DNA of 64,000 bases from Candidatus Latescibacterota bacterium (GTDB lineage: Bacteria > Latescibacterota > UBA2968 > UBA8231). The position numbers and the translations under genes are program-made. The stretch is taken from positions 5,536,001 to 5,600,000 of the forward strand of contig OZ241867.1 in the NCBI GenBank assembly GCA_965203175.1, read 5' to 3'. The notes under the pieces are model-generated. The model was not told the DNA's origin. It worked only from the letters and a program-made list of their open reading frames with translations, and did no database searches. Of this stretch, positions 27,233 to 36,014 are shown piece by piece. The first letter of the stretch is position 1, and each line of letters opens with the position of its first letter.

Positions 27233-28637
27233 TGTCAAGTAAGTCGTCAAAATCCCTTCCATCCAAGGCACTATCGAAATTATCCAGAGCGTCAGCCTCT
27301 GTTTCATCTTCTACATGGTCTTCTTCGGCTGTGGACACTGAGCCATTCTCAACAATAGACAAAGGAGCCTCAAAGCCCATCGGAGAAGCAGCTATTGTCG
27401 CCACGGCGTCACCGCCTAGAGATAGGGAGAATTCTTCTTTGCCGTTCGCTAGGTCAGCTACAAAAGCGCGAAGCAAGTCGCGCCAACGATCATTCCACCA
27501 ATTCTTACAGAAGCTCTTTCGTAGGCGATCAGCACTAGATTGGCTATCGAGCGGCGTCTTTCCATCTTGGGTGAAGACGACGTGGGTGCGCAAGGCAAGA
27601 TGCCGTGGGTCAGCTATGCTGATCTTGCCTGATACCGCAAAGTGCCAATGGACGCCTCTTGTTTCGCTTCGACCAACTAGCCGCCGTCGCCGTTTCTTGC
27701 CGTTCTCATCTTGAAAAGTGGCAATGTTCCCTTCGATCATATCGAGAGGGACGAACCACGCGCTGCCGTGTGCAAATTCACAAAGCAATAGACCCTGATT
27801 CCGTGCGAATTGCTCCCATGCTTGGCGTAGAAGTCTAGTTACTATGTTTCGAGCATCGCGCCACGAGACTTGTGGCCTGTTGTTCTTCTGACCATCGAGA
27901 AACTGTGTCAATGGAACACGATAAGCGTGTTCAAGTGGAATATCGGGAGTCTCCATTTGAAGCGTATCCGCATTAGCAAAGCTGACGGCCAGCCGCATAT
28001 ACGGGGCTGTGGGGCTTTGAAATTCATTAAACGCACGCTCCATGGCCTCCTGTGACGCATTGAAACGAGAAAAATAGATATGAGACGGTAGAGAACTGAT
28101 TTGGAACCAGTTAGAAAATATTGGCTCCGGTGTATCAGAGACGGAGGCGCTTTGCCGCAGCTTAAACTTTTGCCAAGAAGCCAAGGCTTCTCCGAAATCA
28201 CTAGTCGATTGCGGAATCTGGATATCCTTGAGAGTCTCCAGAAGTGTGCTGAATCCGTCCGCCCAGTTAGGAGAGAAGTCTATGGCGTTTAGGCGAATCA
28301 ACTGTTCGGGGAAGTCCGAGAACGGAAGATCATCAAGGCGGATAGGTATGACGAATTGTTGTTTGTTGAGTCGCCGACCTGTGTTTACAGCAAGAGCAAT
28401 TTCGTCAAGAACGCCATCTTTCTGATAAGAATCACGGGATAAGGCAACGATGACGGTGGCGGCTTCTTCCTTAATCGCGTCACCAATATCTCTCCAGAAT
28501 GTCTCGCCGCCGAGTAGGGTAAGGACATCTGCCCAGACTTCATAGCCAGCGGCGGTTAACCGTGTACCTAGCCAAGAGGCAAACTCGTTATCCTCGGGAT
28601 TAGCGTGGCTGATGAAGATAAGGTTACGTTCCTTCAT
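27201..28637 (-). CDS. TIR-APAZ NADase effector, SPARTA
   Basis: IFISHANPED..F..WL...L...GYEVWAD..L.GGE.FW; catalytic Glu in GVLDEI (E79); APAZ region WHFAVS...HVVFTQDG...KNWWNDRWRD; acidic C-terminal tail. Confidence 0.95.
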   Translation of the reverse strand: MKERNLIFISHANPEDNEFASWLGTRLTAAGYEVWADVLTLLGGETFWRDIGDAIKEEAATVIVALSRDSYQKDGVLDEIALAVNTGRRLNKQQFVIPIRLDDLPFSDFPEQLIRLNAIDFSPNWADGFSTLLETLKDIQIPQSTSDFGEALASWQKFKLRQSASVSDTPEPIFSNWFQISSLPSHIYFSRFNASQEAMERAFNEFQSPTAPYMRLAVSFANADTLQMETPDIPLEHAYRVPLTQFLDGQKNNRPQVSWRDARNIVTRLLRQAWEQFARNQGLLLCEFAHGSAWFVPLDMIEGNIATFQDENGKKRRRRLVGRSETRGVHWHFAVSGKISIADPRHLALRTHVVFTQDGKTPLDSQSSADRLRKSFCKNWWNDRWRDLLRAFVADLANGKEEFSLSLGGDAVATIAASPMGFEAPLSIVENGSVSTAEEDHVEDETEADALDNFDSALDGRDFDDLLDNEDDKYGEAV

Positions 28638-28650
28638 ATCGACTCAGCGG

Positions 28651-29808
28651 CTAACTCGCACCCCGGCCCAAGCGGCAATCTTCGGCGGCGAGCCACTCCG
28701 CATACGGGCGCGGCATAGGGCTAGGCAAGCCCAAGCCGTGTTCCTCGCGCCAGCGCAATAGTGGGTGCTCGCGGTCTGCTTGCGGCAAAGCCACGCGCTT
28801 CCCACGCGCCCCCGACTCGAAAATCCCCATCAATATCTCCAGCACGTGGCGACCGGCCTCGCCCGAACACTCGTGCGCGCGGCCCTCGTCGAGCGCCTTC
28901 ACGTACTCGTCGGTGAACTGATAGTCCTCCACAGCAGCCGGGCCCGCCGGGTCGTAGTGTTCGGGCACTATGGGGTCGAGCGGCTGCCACTCGGATTGGC
29001 CAGGGGCAAAGTGCGGCGTGGACAAAAACCACGGCGCACCGCTCTTCCAGTAGAGCCGCCCCTCGGTGCCGTAGATCTCGATCATATAAGCCGTTGAATC
29101 CACCTTGGGAAAGCGGTGCTGCAAGAGCGTACCCGAAATCCCACATGCAAAGGCAAGGGCCGCAGTGACGTGCTCACCGGCAATGTAGCCCATGCCGCTC
29201 GGCGACGGCACCACATCCTCGGGCGTGATCGGTCGGCCATCGGTCAGGGCCACGGCTTGCACGCTCTGCACCGGCCCAACCACGCCGAGCATGGCATTGA
29301 GCGAGTGCGTGGCGATATTCATCAGGCCATAGCCTCCGTAGTAGCCCTTACCGCTGCCCTGCACATAGCGCAACTCGCCAATCCGGCCCTCGGCAATCGC
29401 CGCTTTGACCGCTTGCAGTGCACCGCCGCTGCGCCCTTGGTGATGCACGGCCACTTGCACCCCTTTCTCCGCGGCTTTGGCCAACACTTCATCGGCCTCG
29501 GCCAAGGTAATGCAAATCGGCTTCTCAATGTCGATGTGGACTCCGTACTCCAACACTCGCATAGCCAGCGGATAGTGGAACTCAGTGCCCGTGGGAATGG
29601 CGACAATGTCCGGGGCCTCGGCCTCGATCATCCGGTCGAGGTCGTCGTAGCGAGCCGCAACCCCCAACTCGTCGCCGAGGTTCGCCAACCGCTCGGGCAC
29701 AAGATCGCACAGAGCCACAACCTCGGTGCGGGGATGCTGATGGTACGCGCGGGCCGCGGCCGTGCCTCGGCCGCGGCAGCCCAAAATGGCAATTCGGTAT
29801 TGTTGCAT
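28651..29808 (-). CDS. Gfo/Idh/MocA family oxidoreductase
   Basis: IAILGCRGRG, HIDIEKPI, LMNIATH; ATG 29808 follows AAGGAG. Confidence 0.85.
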   Translation of the reverse strand: MQQYRIAILGCRGRGTAAARAYHQHPRTEVVALCDLVPERLANLGDELGVAARYDDLDRMIEAEAPDIVAIPTGTEFHYPLAMRVLEYGVHIDIEKPICITLAEADEVLAKAAEKGVQVAVHHQGRSGGALQAVKAAIAEGRIGELRYVQGSGKGYYGGYGLMNIATHSLNAMLGVVGPVQSVQAVALTDGRPITPEDVVPSPSGMGYIAGEHVTAALAFACGISGTLLQHRFPKVDSTAYMIEIYGTEGRLYWKSGAPWFLSTPHFAPGQSEWQPLDPIVPEHYDPAGPAAVEDYQFTDEYVKALDEGRAHECSGEAGRHVLEILMGIFESGARGKRVALPQADREHPLLRWREEHGLGLPSPMPRPYAEWLAAEDCRLGRGAS

Positions 29809-29854
29809 GGTGCTATCTCCTTGCGACGCCAATGCTGGCGTCGGACTGATTGAG

Positions 29855-30529
29855 TTACTTTTGATCGATTAACTCGGCCTTTTTCCAATACGCTGCAAGG
29901 TGCTTGCGCAGCCACGTCAGCGGCGCAAAGCGCAGCGCATTAAAGCCCCCCCAAGACCAGCGCAACGGCCACTCTTTCCGGCCAGTGAGCCATTGAAAAA
30001 GCCGTTTGCGCTCCGCGCCCGCCAACTCCACCTCGGCGCTGAGCCGCGCCAATTCGCGGTCGTACGTCCCCTCCATGATCATGCGGGCGTGCCGCGCGAC
30101 CTTTTCCGGCTCCAGCACGGCCACCCGTGGACACACCATGCCAGCCTCGCGCCGCACAAAGGCGCGAATTTGCGCCGACGGAAAATCGCCTTGATGCGCA
30201 ATAGCTTGGCGGGCGATCGAAACCGGATTCATCGCCCCGTACGTGCGGCAGATCAGCGGGCGCACCGGATAAATAGTACAGCTATGGTCCGCGCCGAGAA
30301 AGGGACAGCGGCGCGGCCGCTCCTCAGTAAAGCTCAGCAGCTCTTGGCGACGCTGTGGGGAAAAGTGCTTCTCCACATAGGCGACGATGTGGACGTATTC
30401 GGCTCGGTAGAGCGGGAACATGGTGGCGTAATAGTTGTCGAACTCCTCTTCCGTGAGCGCACAGCAGTCGCCCGTACCAGCGCACCGCGTCGCCGGAACT
30501 TGATCGTAGAGTACCTCTAGATCGCGCAT
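29855..30529 (-). CDS. YkgJ-family cysteine-cluster (Zn/Fe-chelating) protein
   Basis: CAGTGDCC and CPFL....CTIYPVRPLICR. Confidence 0.8.
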   Translation of the reverse strand: MRDLEVLYDQVPATRCAGTGDCCALTEEEFDNYYATMFPLYRAEYVHIVAYVEKHFSPQRRQELLSFTEERPRRCPFLGADHSCTIYPVRPLICRTYGAMNPVSIARQAIAHQGDFPSAQIRAFVRREAGMVCPRVAVLEPEKVARHARMIMEGTYDRELARLSAEVELAGAERKRLFQWLTGRKEWPLRWSWGGFNALRFAPLTWLRKHLAAYWKKAELIDQK

Positions 30530-30547
30530 AACTCCTCCTGTTGTAAT

Positions 30548-31834
30548 CTAGCGCACCTTCGCTATCAACGCCGCGGCCCGCTGCCGTATCAGCGACTCGC
30601 TCTCCGGCGCGATCATCTGCACGCTCGGATAGAACTTGTAGGCTAGGTCGATCTCGTAGCCGCCGCGCGCGTACTCGTCGGCCGTGGGCACGTAGCCAAT
30701 GCAGCCATTGGCAAAGCCGCACAAGACGGCTGGCCCATGCGCGGCCTCCAAGTCGAGCTGATAGCGGGCAAAAAGCTCGCCCTCCACGCCCAAGAGCACC
30801 AGTTCGCCAAGGGCCAACGCCTGTATCTCAAAGGGCTGGACCCGAGCGCGCTCCGAGCCAGCCCGCACCCATTTGCACATAGCCATAGCCCATTCAAACT
30901 GCGCCTTGGCTACCTCGCTGCCCCGCGCCAAACGAGTCCGCAGGTGCCATTTGAGTTTCTCAACCTCAGCGCGCCAGCGCGTCGGCGGAGGTTGCAGCGG
31001 CAAGTCCAACCGCTCGTGCGCCCAGCTTATCGATGAAGTCTCCAAAGGCGCGGTCGCATCCCGCCCCTCCAGCACGGCCCGACCCAACTCCTGCCCCAAC
31101 TCCTCGACGTCGGCAAATGATCCGCTGGTTATTCGCGGGTTGACATCGCCGCAGGCACCGTTGATAAAGAGTGCTTTATCAACGGTCTGCTCCTCGATGT
31201 GGCGCACCGCCGCACCCGCAAAGTCGCCGCTGATCTGGAGGTTGTCGTGGCCCAAGATCACCGGATGACAGGTGTGGTTGAAGAGCGTAACCCCTGTGCC
31301 ATCGGTAGTGACAAAGCGCAGTACGTGCGCGTAGGGCACGACCGGACCGGCGGGATTTTGCCCGATCCGCGTGCCCTGGGGGTGTGGCTCGCGGCGATTG
31401 ATGCCTATCTGCACCGGAGGACGAGCATAGTACAGGCGGCCCGGTCGGCTGTCGGCAGCAGCAGCTACCACCGCCTCGACCACGGCGTCCGCAACTTGCT
31501 CCAAGTAGTAGTAGTCGATGCGACCCATGCCTCGGAAAGGGAAGGTCAACGGACCGGCGTGGGTGTGGGAGGCACAGACCATGATGGCCGCGTCTTCAAT
31601 GCCAGTAGCGCGCCTTATCTTCTCCCGAATCCCCCGCACGGCGTCCGCGTCCAACCCCACCAAATCGACGGCGACAAGAGCGACCCGCGCCGCATCTTGG
31701 CCACAGACGAGGGCCTTGGCCATGAGGCGATCGCGGATGTGCGTGGCTCCGGACCGCCGCCCCCAGTACCCGCCCATTGCAATGCCGACCGGCGGCGTGA
31801 TGTCAGCGGCCGCCGCGCCAAAGTGCAAGGTCAC
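30548..31834 (-). CDS. Neutral/alkaline ceramidase N-terminal-domain family protein
   Basis: DITPP...MGGY, ASHTHAGP, CHP, SGDFAG, GACGDVNP, GYVPT..EY..GGYE. Confidence 0.75.
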   Translation of the reverse strand: MTLHFGAAAADITPPVGIAMGGYWGRRSGATHIRDRLMAKALVCGQDAARVALVAVDLVGLDADAVRGIREKIRRATGIEDAAIMVCASHTHAGPLTFPFRGMGRIDYYYLEQVADAVVEAVVAAAADSRPGRLYYARPPVQIGINRREPHPQGTRIGQNPAGPVVPYAHVLRFVTTDGTGVTLFNHTCHPVILGHDNLQISGDFAGAAVRHIEEQTVDKALFINGACGDVNPRITSGSFADVEELGQELGRAVLEGRDATAPLETSSISWAHERLDLPLQPPPTRWRAEVEKLKWHLRTRLARGSEVAKAQFEWAMAMCKWVRAGSERARVQPFEIQALALGELVLLGVEGELFARYQLDLEAAHGPAVLCGFANGCIGYVPTADEYARGGYEIDLAYKFYPSVQMIAPESESLIRQRAAALIAKVR

Positions 31835-32352
31835 TGCTGCGGTACCTCTCTCCAGTTGGCAGGTAGAACGACGAGCGGGGTGCCCGGGCTGCAGGCATTG
31901 TACAGAGCGCGCAAATCAGCGACTCCAATTTGCAGGTCCATAGCACTTGGTCGGTGCCACGCCGGACTGGCGTAGATCAGCAGCCCGCTCGCGAAATACA
32001 AGGCACTAGTGGCCGAGGCGTCGGTGACCAAATTCTGTTCCCAGTCAAACGGGCTGGGTACCAAGCCGCGCCAAGGGTTGCTGGGTCGATAGCGCCGCAA
32101 CCGGGCCGCGAGCGAGGATTGTACCGACGGCTGCGTCCCGAGGGAGTCGGCTGCGAGCGGCACGCGCCGCAAGAGCGCCTTCCCGTGCATCAGCCGCAAC
32201 TCACCCGCGCCCCGATCCACCAACAAGTACGGCGCGTCCGCTTCTATGGCCTGCAACCAAGCCCGCAGCGCGGCGTTGACATAGGCCAAGTCCTCAGCCG
32301 ACGCCACACTCGCGCCGCACGCAAAGGCCCAGACCAACGCTAGGTGCTTCAT
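31831..32352 (-). CDS. Degenerate (catalytically dead) L,D-transpeptidase-fold protein
   Basis: Aligns by eye with the neighbouring LDT (PYLLVD...L.L.HG..LLR; ALYF...LIY; DL..LY....GTPLVV) but lacks the IHG and HGC catalytic residues. Confidence 0.6.
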   Translation of the reverse strand: MKHLALVWAFACGASVASAEDLAYVNAALRAWLQAIEADAPYLLVDRGAGELRLMHGKALLRRVPLAADSLGTQPSVQSSLAARLRRYRPSNPWRGLVPSPFDWEQNLVTDASATSALYFASGLLIYASPAWHRPSAMDLQIGVADLRALYNACSPGTPLVVLPANWREVPQQ

Positions 32353-32945
32353 CAGTAGATAAAGACCGGCCAGCCGATTTCGACGGCTTCGTACAGGTAC
32401 TCCAGATCTTCGTTGCCCACCCGGACGCAGCCGTGGGTGATGCTCTTGCCCAAGTTAATTTCAAAGAGCGTGCCGTGAATCATAAAATCCTTGAGAAAGT
32501 ACAAGGCGTACGACCCCAAGACCCCACGCTGGAACCGCCGAGGATCCTCGGCGAAAATGGGGATCTCCTCGTCGTTTTCGACGAAGTACCAAGTTGGCCG
32601 AGTCCACAGGGGGTCGGCGACTTTGCGGCGGATGGCGAAACGGCCCTTGGGGGTGTCGAAGGTCCAGCGATGCCATCGCTTGACCCCTTCGAGCTTCCGG
32701 CCACTGCCCGTTGCACAAGCGGCTTGGCGCAACACCTGCTCTCCTTCGCGGAGCAGGATTAGATTGTCTTGGGTATTGATGACGATGTAGGGCGTAGCTA
32801 GATCGCGGCGCTCAATGGCTTGCACCAGTTGCTGGTGCTCTAACGAGAGCGCGGACGCACGCGCGGCGGATGGCCCCCACAGCAGTGCGAAAAAAAACAA
32901 AGCGACCGGGAGCAACTCCCGGCCGCCTGTGATTAGAGCTTGCAA
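32352..32945 (-). CDS. L,D-transpeptidase (YkuD family)
   Basis: ATGSG, TPKGRF, P.W..P, IHGT...ITHGCVR. Confidence 0.9.
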   Translation of the reverse strand: MQALITGGRELLPVALFFFALLWGPSAARASALSLEHQQLVQAIERRDLATPYIVINTQDNLILLREGEQVLRQAACATGSGRKLEGVKRWHRWTFDTPKGRFAIRRKVADPLWTRPTWYFVENDEEIPIFAEDPRRFQRGVLGSYALYFLKDFMIHGTLFEINLGKSITHGCVRVGNEDLEYLYEAVEIGWPVFIY

Positions 32946-32955
32946 TCGCGCGTGC

Positions 32956-33579
32956 TCAGAAGCGCTCGTACCAAGGGCGCATCTCCTCGACCAGCGCGTA
33001 GTATCTATCCACGGCCACTATCACGCCATCGGCGACCTCAGTAGCCTTCTGATCCGCGCTGTCAGCGAGGGACTCGGCATCGGGGAAATGCTCGCTGTCC
33101 ACCGCGGCTTCGGCCGCGTCTAGATCGGCGTCGGCCGTGCTTAACTCGGCGCGCAATTCCTCAATATCGGCCTCCGTGCCCTTGCCCGACGGAGCTTCCT
33201 CTAGGCTAGTATATGCGGCAGCAATCGCATCGCGGGCGGCAGCAATCGCAGCTTCGGCCGACTCCCGCTGGCGTTTCTTTTCGGCTTCAGCAGACGACTC
33301 TGCCCGCATGGCTTTGGTCTTGGCATCGGCGATTTGCGCTCGCGCCTGCTCAAAGTCCTTGAAGAGGAAAAACCGTTCGGCTTCGGTGTTGGTCGTTGCT
33401 TCAGCTTCGCTGTACGCGCGCTGCGCGGCCGAGTACTCGTTGGCGGCAAAGCGTTCGGCACCGACGTCTCGGGCCGAGTCGAGGGCTTGTTTGGCCGCAT
33501 CTAGCTCGGCTGTGGGGGGGTCGTCACAGCCCGTCAAAACCGCGACGGCGACAAACAGCGATATTGCCCGCATTTTCAT
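32956..33579 (-). CDS. Ala-rich coiled-coil lipoprotein (DUF4398-like)
   Basis: Lipobox LTGC, then PPTAELDAAKQALDSA..VGA..FA..EY..A. Confidence 0.7.
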   Translation of the reverse strand: MKMRAISLFVAVAVLTGCDDPPTAELDAAKQALDSARDVGAERFAANEYSAAQRAYSEAEATTNTEAERFFLFKDFEQARAQIADAKTKAMRAESSAEAEKKRQRESAEAAIAAARDAIAAAYTSLEEAPSGKGTEADIEELRAELSTADADLDAAEAAVDSEHFPDAESLADSADQKATEVADGVIVAVDRYYALVEEMRPWYERF

Positions 33580-33605
33580 GGTCCACCTTCCTGAGTTTGA
33601 ACGTT

Positions 33606-33660
33606 CTGTGCTTCCCTATATATCAGAGACAATCTAAAGGGAAGCACAGGGAATTGTCAA
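33606..33660 (-). promoter_or_regulatory. Sigma70-type promoter with overlapping 12-bp inverted repeat
   Basis: Minus strand TTGACA (33660-33655)-N18-TAGATT (33636-33631); inverted arms CTGTGCTTCCCT (33606-33617) / AGGGAAGCACAG (33638-33649). Confidence 0.6.
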
Positions 33661-33696
33661 GCGCAAACAGGGTGCAGTAACACGGCTTTACACCCC

Positions 33697-33903
33697 TCAG
33701 AATTTCGCGTTTTCTTCGTCGTCCGGCGCAAAATCCTCGTCCTCTTCCCCAGGCACTTCGTAGATCCACCCGCAATTTGGACACAAGGGATATTCCGCAT
33801 CCTCCCGGCGGGTTTGGCACTGGGGACACCGCTGGCCAAAGGGCGACCAGAACTTCAGCACCACGACGATTAGCAGTAAGACCGCCAATAAGGTGTAGAG
33901 CAT
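33697..33903 (-). CDS. Small membrane-anchored zinc-ribbon protein
   Basis: N-terminal TM; CPQC...CPNC; acidic tail; RBS GGAGGAGG. Confidence 0.65.
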   Translation of the reverse strand: MLYTLLAVLLLIVVVLKFWSPFGQRCPQCQTRREDAEYPLCPNCGWIYEVPGEEDEDFAPDDEENAKF

Positions 33904-33924
33904 CAGGACCTCCTCCCCGGCTTC

Positions 33925-34773
33925 TTAGCGACGCTTCTTGGCGGCCTTGAGCTTGCGCAATTGACGGCGGCGGCCCCAGCGGCTGCGCTTGACGCGCTGA
34001 CCCAAGGGCGGCCGCAGTTGCCCGTCGGCGACCAGTTCGTCGAGTACTCGATTGAGCAGGTCTGGCCGATTGGTGATGATCCCTTGCACCCCCATCATCG
34101 CCAAATCGCGCATGGCAATGTCTTCATCAACGGTCCAAGCCCAGACCGCAATGCCCCGCTGGCGCATCTCTTCGAGGAAGGGCGGGGTCAGCGTCGCGTA
34201 CCACATCGCCAGCGCGTTGGCCCCCACTTGCAGCACTTGGCGCACGAGGCGGCGCGCGCGAACCCGCGAGGGCGTGGCCGGCAACTGGCCGACCAACAGC
34301 GCGGTGGGCAGGGTCGGCGCGAGCAAATTGAGCCGCTGGACGGTTTGCGGATTAAACGCTTGCACCACGACGCGCTCCGCCGCATTCGCCGCTTCAATCA
34401 CCTGTAGGACGCGCTCGGCAATGCCGTCGGCCTTGATCTCTATCAGCACGAGGGCCTGATTCCGCGCTAAGTCGAGCACGTCTTCTAGCAGGGGCACGCG
34501 CTCGCCGGCAAAATCAGCGCTAAACCAACGGCCAGCATCGAATTGGCGCACTTCCTCGCCCAAGAGGTCGGCGACCAACCCGGTGCCATTGGTCGTCCGG
34601 TCAAGTGCTGCGTCGTGCAGGACCACGATCTGGCCATCGCGGGTAGCATGGACATCGATTTCGAGGATATCGACGCCTATCTGGAGGGCCTTTTCACAAG
34701 CGGCCAACGTGTTCTCGGGCGCCAGCCCCGAACCGGACGCGCCGCGGTGGGCAATGCGCAGGGGAGTGATCAT
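33925..34773 (-). CDS. Glycerophosphodiester phosphodiesterase
   Basis: IAHRGAS...PENT, EIDVH.TRDG..VVLHD, IEIK, WTVD, GIITNRP. Confidence 0.9.
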   Translation of the reverse strand: MITPLRIAHRGASGSGLAPENTLAACEKALQIGVDILEIDVHATRDGQIVVLHDAALDRTTNGTGLVADLLGEEVRQFDAGRWFSADFAGERVPLLEDVLDLARNQALVLIEIKADGIAERVLQVIEAANAAERVVVQAFNPQTVQRLNLLAPTLPTALLVGQLPATPSRVRARRLVRQVLQVGANALAMWYATLTPPFLEEMRQRGIAVWAWTVDEDIAMRDLAMMGVQGIITNRPDLLNRVLDELVADGQLRPPLGQRVKRSRWGRRRQLRKLKAAKKRR

Positions 34774-34774
34774 C

Positions 34775-35983
34775 TCAAGCGCCGAATTTGTCGAGCCGGC
34801 GCGCGTGGGCCAACGCGTGGGCCATCAAACTGGTCGCCGGCGCAATTCCGAGGCTGCCAGCGCTGCAACCGCGCTCGGAAAATTCATCTGTCGCATCGGC
34901 CAATGCCCACTGGCTGGCTATAACTGTGGGCACGGGGTGCCAACTGTGACTGCGCATAATCGACGGGGTCGAGTGGTCGCCGGTGACGATGAGCACCTCG
35001 GGTTGCAGTGCGAGCAACCTCGGAATATAGGTATCCAACTCCTCTAGCAGCCGAACCTTCAAATCGAAATCGCCGTCCTCGCCCGCGCTGTCGGTCTTCT
35101 TTACGTGGACGTAGAAAAAGTCGTAGTCCGCGTAGTGGCTTTCGAGCAAGGCGAACTCGGATTCGAGGTCCCAGCCGACCTCTTCGACATCCATGCCTAC
35201 TGCGCCGGCCACGCCGCGGTACATGGGATATCCGGCAATGCCTAGCGCCTTCAGCCCGTACGCCTCGTCCATCAACACCAGCTCTGGGTAGCGACCAAAT
35301 CCCCGCAGCAATACCATGTTGGCTGGGTGTTCGTCAGCGAGCAAGGCGGAGGCTTGCTCTAAAAAGGCATTGGCCACTTCGACGGTGCGCTCGGAATCCG
35401 CTACGAGTGCCGACAAGGGCTTGGGCGGCACGCCCGTCACCTGTGGGTCCGAATCCGAGACTTGGTCTCCCAAGCCCGCGCCGCGCAACACCACGCCGGC
35501 GCGATACTCCATCTCGGCAGCGACTTGCACCTCCACTCCAGGCACTGCGATCGCTCTTAGCACTTCGCAAAGCTGGCGGCCTTTTTCCGTGGGGATGCGA
35601 CCGGCGCGGCGATCGCTCACCCGGCCCGCAGCATCCACCGTACAAAAATTGAGACGCGCCGCCACATCGCCGCGGGCAAAGTCCAGTCCCAACCCGAGGG
35701 CCGAAAGGGCACCGCGACCGATCTGGTTCTGCCAAGGATCGTAGCCAAAGAGAGCTAAGTGGGCCGGGCCGCTACCCGGGGTAAAGCCACCCCCTAAAGG
35801 CGAAATCAGGCCGCAGGTACCCCCCTTGGCCAACGCATCTAAGTTGGGCAACTGGGCCGTCTCCAACTCGGACTTGCCCGTAGCGGGATGGGGTAACCCG
35901 CCCAAGCCATCGACGACCAACAGGACGATTTTGGCGTCGTTGTCCCGGATGCACAATTCCTGGGTGTATTGGGAACTTATCAC
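34775..35983 (-). CDS. apgM: 2,3-bisphosphoglycerate-independent phosphoglycerate mutase (ApgM type)
   Basis: VVDGLGG, TPGSGPAHLALFGYDP, DRRAGRI, HVKKTDSAGEDG, TGDHSTP, HSWHPVP. Start GTG approximate. Confidence 0.9.
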   Translation of the reverse strand: MISSQYTQELCIRDNDAKIVLLVVDGLGGLPHPATGKSELETAQLPNLDALAKGGTCGLISPLGGGFTPGSGPAHLALFGYDPWQNQIGRGALSALGLGLDFARGDVAARLNFCTVDAAGRVSDRRAGRIPTEKGRQLCEVLRAIAVPGVEVQVAAEMEYRAGVVLRGAGLGDQVSDSDPQVTGVPPKPLSALVADSERTVEVANAFLEQASALLADEHPANMVLLRGFGRYPELVLMDEAYGLKALGIAGYPMYRGVAGAVGMDVEEVGWDLESEFALLESHYADYDFFYVHVKKTDSAGEDGDFDLKVRLLEELDTYIPRLLALQPEVLIVTGDHSTPSIMRSHSWHPVPTVIASQWALADATDEFSERGCSAGSLGIAPATSLMAHALAHARRLDKFGA

Positions 35984-36014
35984 GTTCTCATGCTCCAACT
36001 CCGCAGCAAGCCAC

